Below are positions 36,920 through 41,860 of a stretch of DNA of 41,860 nt, piece after piece. The DNA comes from a virus (lineage: Duplodnaviria; Caudoviricetes): positions 1-41,860 of the IMG/VR virus record IMGVR_UViG_3300027193_000013; one strand, given 5' to 3'. Numbering within the stretch: the stretch's first letter is position 1; every line of letters begins with the position of its first letter. The translations under genes were made by a program, and so were the position numbers. Below the pieces are notes generated by a model, which saw nothing but the letters and a program-made list of their open reading frames with translations, searched no databases and was not told the origin of the DNA.

Positions 36920-37500
36920 AGTTCCACTTTCCACTGCATGATGTTCAGTTTGATGCAGTCTTTTTCTGGCTCTACCCGAAAGCCAAGTTCTTCTCGTCTT
37001 GCTTCATCGTTTAGGATTGAGGCTTTGATTTCGTCTGACAGTTTAGACACAAGGATAGACATTTCCATCTTAACTGCTTCTGGGCAAATCACAGAAATAT
37101 TATCAATAGCCCGTTCAGTATCAGTGACAACAATCTTGGGTTGAGTTTTACGGAAAGTGACTGAGCCAAATGGCGTCTCATATGTCTTACGGTCACGTGG
37201 AAGATTCCGTAGTGCGACATCACGAAGTTGACTCCCGTAACGAGACATCAGATAGTCACGCTTGTTTGTGTGGCGTGTAATCATCGTGTCTAAGTTTTCA
37301 AGAATCTGCTTACGTCTAGCAATGAGTGCTTCGACCTTTGCTTCTTCGATAGACACCTTGTCCATAAACATTTCGATGTCAGTTGTTGTTGTAAGGATTT
37401 CAGGTAACCAGTTTGGTCGGATGCTGACAACTTCACCAGTCTCAACATCGACTATAAATGGTTCTTGCTCATAACCGAGCACGTCATTCGTTGTACTCAC
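36916..37500 (-). CDS. Mu Gam-like / Gp157-like host-nuclease inhibitor
   Basis: Coiled-coil N-half, then KTYETPFGSVTFRK. GTG start with GAGGAG SD. Confidence 0.65.
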   Translation of the reverse strand: MSTTNDVLGYEQEPFIVDVETGEVVSIRPNWLPEILTTTTDIEMFMDKVSIEEAKVEALIARRKQILENLDTMITRHTNKRDYLMSRYGSQLRDVALRNLPRDRKTYETPFGSVTFRKTQPKIVVTDTERAIDNISVICPEAVKMEMSILVSKLSDEIKASILNDEARREELGFRVEPEKDCIKLNIMQWKVEL

Positions 37501-37778
37501 TTGTACTTCTCCTCTTGTGCCATCTGCCATGCTTGACGAGCATATGCCCTATCGGACAAATACTCTTGAGTGAACTCACCAGCGTGACTAAACGCATTTT
37601 GACGCAACGTGTCTATCTCGACGATGTCCCAGTCAACCTTGTGCTTGCCCGGAATAATCTCACCTAGTTCAGCAAGGATATACATTTCATCCGCACTAAC
37701 GACATCGATGTAAGGAAATGAATGCCTACCAGCAAGTGTGCCGGTGCTCCATTTGATAACGATTCCAACTTCTACCAT
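37497..37778 (-). CDS. Hypothetical protein
   Basis: 93-aa first gene of the leftward operon. Confidence 0.55.
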   Translation of the reverse strand: MVEVGIVIKWSTGTLAGRHSFPYIDVVSADEMYILAELGEIIPGKHKVDWDIVEIDTLRQNAFSHAGEFTQEYLSDRAYARQAWQMAQEEKYK

Positions 37779-37809
37779 TGACTCTTCCCCATACTTTCGT
37801 GGTGTGTTT

Positions 37810-37838
37810 ATGATATCAACTTAGATTGTCTTTGTCAA
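37810..37838 (-). promoter_or_regulatory. Near-consensus sigma70-type promoter driving the Gam/dut/ParB operon
   Basis: Minus strand TTGACA-N17-TATCAT. Confidence 0.75.
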
Positions 37839-37855
37839 TCTTACAAACATATTAT

Positions 37856-37884
37856 TTGTCAACTAGCATTTATTACCGTATAGT
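37856..37884 (+). promoter_or_regulatory. Divergent sigma70-type promoter (leaderless)
   Basis: TTGTCA-N17-TATAGT, 6 nt, ATG 37891. Confidence 0.65.
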
Positions 37885-37890
37885 CACCCT

Positions 37891-38034
37891 ATGGAAAAGG
37901 GAATCATCAACCGAGTATTACGTTTTGGCTTGTTGCCAATAATCGTAAGTGCAATTGCAATGTCCGTGGCATTTGTGACGGTCTTTCTTGTCACGTATGG
38001 TGCATATTGGTTCTATATCAATATAATGAGATGA
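37891..38034 (+). CDS. 47-aa single-TM peptide (not in ORF track)
   Basis: MEKGIINRVLRFGLLPIIVSAIAMSVAFVTVFLVTYGAYWFYINIMR. Confidence 0.55.
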   Translation: MEKGIINRVLRFGLLPIIVSAIAMSVAFVTVFLVTYGAYWFYINIMR

Positions 38035-38035
38035 C

Positions 38036-40963
38036 ATGCCATTTTTAGACACGACACGTTCTGGAACTGTTTACTTTGAGTTCACTACTGCTTGGAACTT
38101 TGTTGTTCATCCGGAAGCACTTGAACCAGCAGTAGACGTAAAGTATGCGCGTGTTAACGGAAATGTCGGTGGCCATGGTGGTTTTGCTGGATATTGGGAA
38201 ATAGACTGGAGTAGTACGCCGGGTCCCGGCACATGGTCATATCAAGTATTTGTTATATTGACAGCCGACAACGGTCATGGAACTCCAGTAACAACAACAA
38301 CAACAATTGCCTCCGGAACACATCCCGGCTCTGTTGAGTACATAGATTTATCTGGGACACTCGATGGCGTCTTTAGTGCATCTGTTGGGACGGATGTTTT
38401 ATGGGATATCACATCTGGCAGTTCAATCAATACAACTACCGGTGAACTCACTCATCCACCTATAACAAATTACAGATGGTACGAGAAAAGTCGGGTTGGG
38501 ACAAACGCTACAGCAACTATAACATTAGGTGCTGCTAGTGCGACATCGACAACGGCTGTGACTCTTGGTAACCGTGTTGTAATGAACTACATCATTGGTA
38601 CAAATCAAGATGCTTATGCTGACCAAACTGGTACTGCGTCATGTAATGTAACTGTTCATACTTGCAACGGTGTCAACCCATTTCAACCAACTCACACTCA
38701 CGCATTTGGCGGTAATACTGCGACTAACTGGTCAACAACCGTCACTTCATCTACTGCTACAAATCTAGAGTACATCTTGCTGAACTCTCTTGGTCGGCTA
38801 CCAGCAAACGTCGAAATGAACGTAGTGACAAGGGCTTGGAAAGATTCCTATCCAGACCCGTTAGACTACACAATCACTGGTTACGACTACGAGATACTTC
38901 CACTTCGCAACCGTGCAGTCACGGGAACTGGTGGCTTTGGTGCGTCAGACAACATCTACTACTACTACATCACATCTGAAATTTTCAATGGCACAACAGC
39001 AGATTATCTAACAACTGAACTCGATGGAATACCAGACACAATATCCGTAGCCATCCAGACTGGCTCACTAATATCACGCAATGATGACACGGAAGATAAG
39101 CGAATCATGTTCCGGTCTTGGGAGTTCAACGGTGCAAACATACAACTCACAAATCCATACTCGATAGCCGGAACTGGAAACACACGGACGTATGCACCTC
39201 AGCAAGGGATGAGTTCATATAGGTGGCTGAAGGTACAGATAAAGTGCCAAGCCGGAACAAATCAAGCTGGTCAGATAGAGATTACTGACTTCCATGGAAA
39301 CACTAAAAAATGGAATGTCGTAGCAGCGACAACGACATATGAAGTGGTCACCCTTGACCTTTGTATGCCAGATGTCTGGTCAGTCGGTACGCTCCCTCCA
39401 TACGACAACAAGAATGACCCATACCCAAGAAAGAATACTGTCTCCCTTGACTTCGCTGGTGCTGAATCAGTAGACAGTGCTTATTGGGGTGTTACGAGTG
39501 CTTTGAGACTTCAAGTGTCATCTGGAAATATTGACATTGGAACTACTGAACTAGATAAGGTTACTCATGCACATCAGAATTTTATACCGTCTGGAAAGCG
39601 ATGGAAAGCTGAACGCATAACGGCTGATATCGTTGCAACCGACCCGAACTTAACAACAACTTACTATTACGCTCGTCGATTTTGGCAGTTGGAGCAAGAC
39701 GGTCGTACTGAAGAAGAAACTGATGTAAACTTCCAGAACACAGTCACACCAGTTGTTTCGACTTGGGCAGCACAATCACTATCCATCCTTGACTTGTGTA
39801 ATCAGATACTTGCAACTGATGTTGGCATTATCAGACATCCCGGTTTCAATGCATCTAACACAGTTGCATATCCCGGTGCTGGTACTTGTTCGGTGGCTCA
39901 ACCTCCGCTTAGGGATTGTTACCTAAATGGTGAAACCGGTCTTGCTACATGGCTTCATGGCGGTGGTGCATTATCGAAAACTAGCAACGCCGGCAATGGA
40001 CACAACTGGGAGTATGGCTTTGACCACAACGGTGGGAGCATCAAGGCACAAGCTTTGTTTGATTCAATAAATGGTGATTTCATACCAGACTTAGATGACC
40101 CATTTGACGTCCACAAGGCTGGTGCAAATCCAACTCTTTACCTTCACGGTGCATCTTTCCTTCGTGCTCCGGCTCATGGGATTACCTACAACAGTGCTGG
40201 CGACATTGCGACAACCGGAACTGTGTCAGTTGTTCGTACATTTGACTCTTCCACTGGTGGAGCGGACTCAACATTTACCACTGAAGGTGTATATGAAACC
40301 GGCACTCCATATGGTCTTGGGACAAAGAACCACACGATTACCTACTACACAGTTGTAGTCAACTGGAATCCGGCGTACACATCGATTCGTCAGAGGGTTG
40401 TCTATCGGTTTGCTGAAGAAGGTCAGCGTGACCTATCAGCAGATGTTCACTCATCACTCCGTAAGTTCTATGCTGATGTTGTCAGTGGGAACATCCACTT
40501 GCATTTCTGTAATGACCACAACAACGGCACGTGGCTTGACAAAGATACTGGTATTGCTTCCGATGCTGGATTTGAAATCAGGTGGACGATAACAAATGCA
40601 CAAAAACGACTTGATGTCATATATGCTAATGCTACAACGACGTACAGCGTCTACTCTGATGACGAAGGGAATACATTCTCAGTGCCAGTAACGGTTATGG
40701 CGGGTACTAAACCAACTGCTTGTGTTGCATCGAACGGCATGGAGTATATATTTGCTCGCACAACCGCTGGTGCTATCAACTGTGTTGTTCGTGACCCACA
40801 AGGTAACAACACGCAAGCAAGTCATGCTGTAGTAGCTTCCGGCGTTGCCGATGACTCACTTGCTGCATTTGTCAAAGACACAACAGTTTATCTATTTTAT
40901 AGAGACACAACTGGCAGCGTCATAGTTGTCACAAGTATTAATAGTGGACTAACGTTTAGTTAG
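38036..40963 (+). CDS. Large Thr/Gly-rich beta protein with C-terminal Asp-box/propeller-like region, probable virion protein
   Basis: 975 aa; Asp-box-like YSDDEGNTFS and TSINSGLTFS near the C-terminus. Confidence 0.55.
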   Translation: MPFLDTTRSGTVYFEFTTAWNFVVHPEALEPAVDVKYARVNGNVGGHGGFAGYWEIDWSSTPGPGTWSYQVFVILTADNGHGTPVTTTTTIASGTHPGSVEYIDLSGTLDGVFSASVGTDVLWDITSGSSINTTTGELTHPPITNYRWYEKSRVGTNATATITLGAASATSTTAVTLGNRVVMNYIIGTNQDAYADQTGTASCNVTVHTCNGVNPFQPTHTHAFGGNTATNWSTTVTSSTATNLEYILLNSLGRLPANVEMNVVTRAWKDSYPDPLDYTITGYDYEILPLRNRAVTGTGGFGASDNIYYYYITSEIFNGTTADYLTTELDGIPDTISVAIQTGSLISRNDDTEDKRIMFRSWEFNGANIQLTNPYSIAGTGNTRTYAPQQGMSSYRWLKVQIKCQAGTNQAGQIEITDFHGNTKKWNVVAATTTYEVVTLDLCMPDVWSVGTLPPYDNKNDPYPRKNTVSLDFAGAESVDSAYWGVTSALRLQVSSGNIDIGTTELDKVTHAHQNFIPSGKRWKAERITADIVATDPNLTTTYYYARRFWQLEQDGRTEEETDVNFQNTVTPVVSTWAAQSLSILDLCNQILATDVGIIRHPGFNASNTVAYPGAGTCSVAQPPLRDCYLNGETGLATWLHGGGALSKTSNAGNGHNWEYGFDHNGGSIKAQALFDSINGDFIPDLDDPFDVHKAGANPTLYLHGASFLRAPAHGITYNSAGDIATTGTVSVVRTFDSSTGGADSTFTTEGVYETGTPYGLGTKNHTITYYTVVVNWNPAYTSIRQRVVYRFAEEGQRDLSADVHSSLRKFYADVVSGNIHLHFCNDHNNGTWLDKDTGIASDAGFEIRWTITNAQKRLDVIYANATTTYSVYSDDEGNTFSVPVTVMAGTKPTACVASNGMEYIFARTTAGAINCVVRDPQGNNTQASHAVVASGVADDSLAAFVKDTTVYLFYRDTTGSVIVVTSINSGLTFS

Positions 40964-41860
40964 GATGTCTTTCCATGGCTGATTTGATACGTTTACCAAG
41001 CCAAGCAACTACTGGTGTTGCCATGCTGTTGCCGATTGCCTTGAACACGGCGTTGTCTCCCGGCACTCTGTTGTTGTGCAGCACATCCAAGTAATCGTCT
41101 GGGAATCCTTGGAGTCTTAGGGACTCAACGGGTGTTAGTCTTCGGACGACCATGTTGTATTGGCTTACTTGTGCAACACCTTGTGTGGCGTGTGTATCGA
41201 CCGTGTAGGCTGGTGAACCATCATCACCGACTCCTAGTCCATTCTGGCTCTTCTGGACGTCTCTGGTGTCTTGTATAGGCATTGTGTACACAACGGCTGG
41301 TTGGTTGTCTCCCATATTTGCACGTAGGGTTGGACATTGTTCAGATAAACCGGCTGGACCCGCATTTCGTGCAACTGAACCGGGTTCAAATGCTAACGGC
41401 TCAACGATGACCACATCCTCTGGTGTTAGATGGTTTCCACATCCAATGGTGTTGGCTATGTTGTCTGTGGGACGATGAACGATGAAGTTCTGAGCATGGT
41501 GTGAAGACACGGCTGGTCGCATCGCTTGTAGAGCGTTCATGACTGTTCGTTCGTTGACGCTGAAGTTGTTTGCTTTTGCATCTTCACGGACGGAGTAAAC
41601 AACCTTTTTCTCATGCCCCACAAGTGGGACATTCCCACCACCCGTTCCCCATCGACTTGTCACGGTGGAGCATACGTCATGTAGTTCTTTGATACGTGAG
41701 TCGTTTGGATGATTTTCGTAGAGGTGGACTGAGATGTTTGTGGAGCGTACATCACCAACATCAAAACAGTTGACGGTGTTTGACACTTCATCTTCAACCC
41801 ATGTTTCCAGCCCGTCTTTTGTTTGTGCTCTGGACGACTTACGGAAGGGTACAACCTTCT
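40956..41860 (-). CDS. DNA (cytosine-5) methyltransferase, C-terminal part (starts beyond the window)
   Basis: RRLTPVESLRLQGFPD (motif IX) and KAIGNSM..PV (motif X); the frame is open to the window edge. Confidence 0.88.
   Translation of the reverse strand, partial: KVVPFRKSSRAQTKDGLETWVEDEVSNTVNCFDVGDVRSTNISVHLYENHPNDSRIKELHDVCSTVTSRWGTGGGNVPLVGHEKKVVYSVREDAKANNFSVNERTVMNALQAMRPAVSSHHAQNFIVHRPTDNIANTIGCGNHLTPEDVVIVEPLAFEPGSVARNAGPAGLSEQCPTLRANMGDNQPAVVYTMPIQDTRDVQKSQNGLGVGDDGSPAYTVDTHATQGVAQVSQYNMVVRRLTPVESLRLQGFPDDYLDVLHNNRVPGDNAVFKAIGNSMATPVVAWLGKRIKSAMERHPN

Noticed and set aside
1-41860. CRISPR array, tRNA, rRNA or integrase
   Set aside because: None recognised; intergenic spaces are short. 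A covariance-model search was not possible.
1-41860. Alternative genetic code or stop-codon reassignment
   Set aside because: Long genes tile the window under the standard code, and TAA, TAG and TGA all act as stops.

Overview
The window is part of a tailed dsDNA phage genome (HK97-fold head, non-contractile siphovirus-type tail), truncated at both ends. A leftward block at the start encodes a ParB-like protein, TerS and a TerL whose Walker A motif is interrupted by a Pro-initiated LAGLIDADG intein. A long rightward morphogenesis block follows: portal, gpF-like protein, prohead protease/scaffold, major capsid, decoration protein, connector, head closure, three membrane proteins, neck protein, tail terminator, three tail-tube paralogues, a -1 frameshifted tail chaperone, tape measure, a baseplate/hub-like protein and a CHAP endolysin. 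The most striking feature is a ~13.9 kb array (11435-25288) inserted between the head-closure and neck genes. It holds seven translationally coupled ~600-aa paralogues (M[AP]TYYV start, variable beta-helix-like body, two conserved C-terminal beta-sandwich modules) in three cassettes. Each cassette is led by a small acidic partner gene ending GT[AG]E, and the large genes show domain shuffling between paralogues. The right end carries DUF3310-like, ParB/DUF4417-like, dUTPase and Gam-like genes, an isolated 975-aa putative virion protein, and a partial C5 methyltransferase with a repeat-built variable region. Seven genes have TAnnnT exactly 6 nt before the ATG (leaderless-type starts), and GATC and CCWGG appear to be avoided. 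All product calls come from motifs read by eye; no database searches were run.
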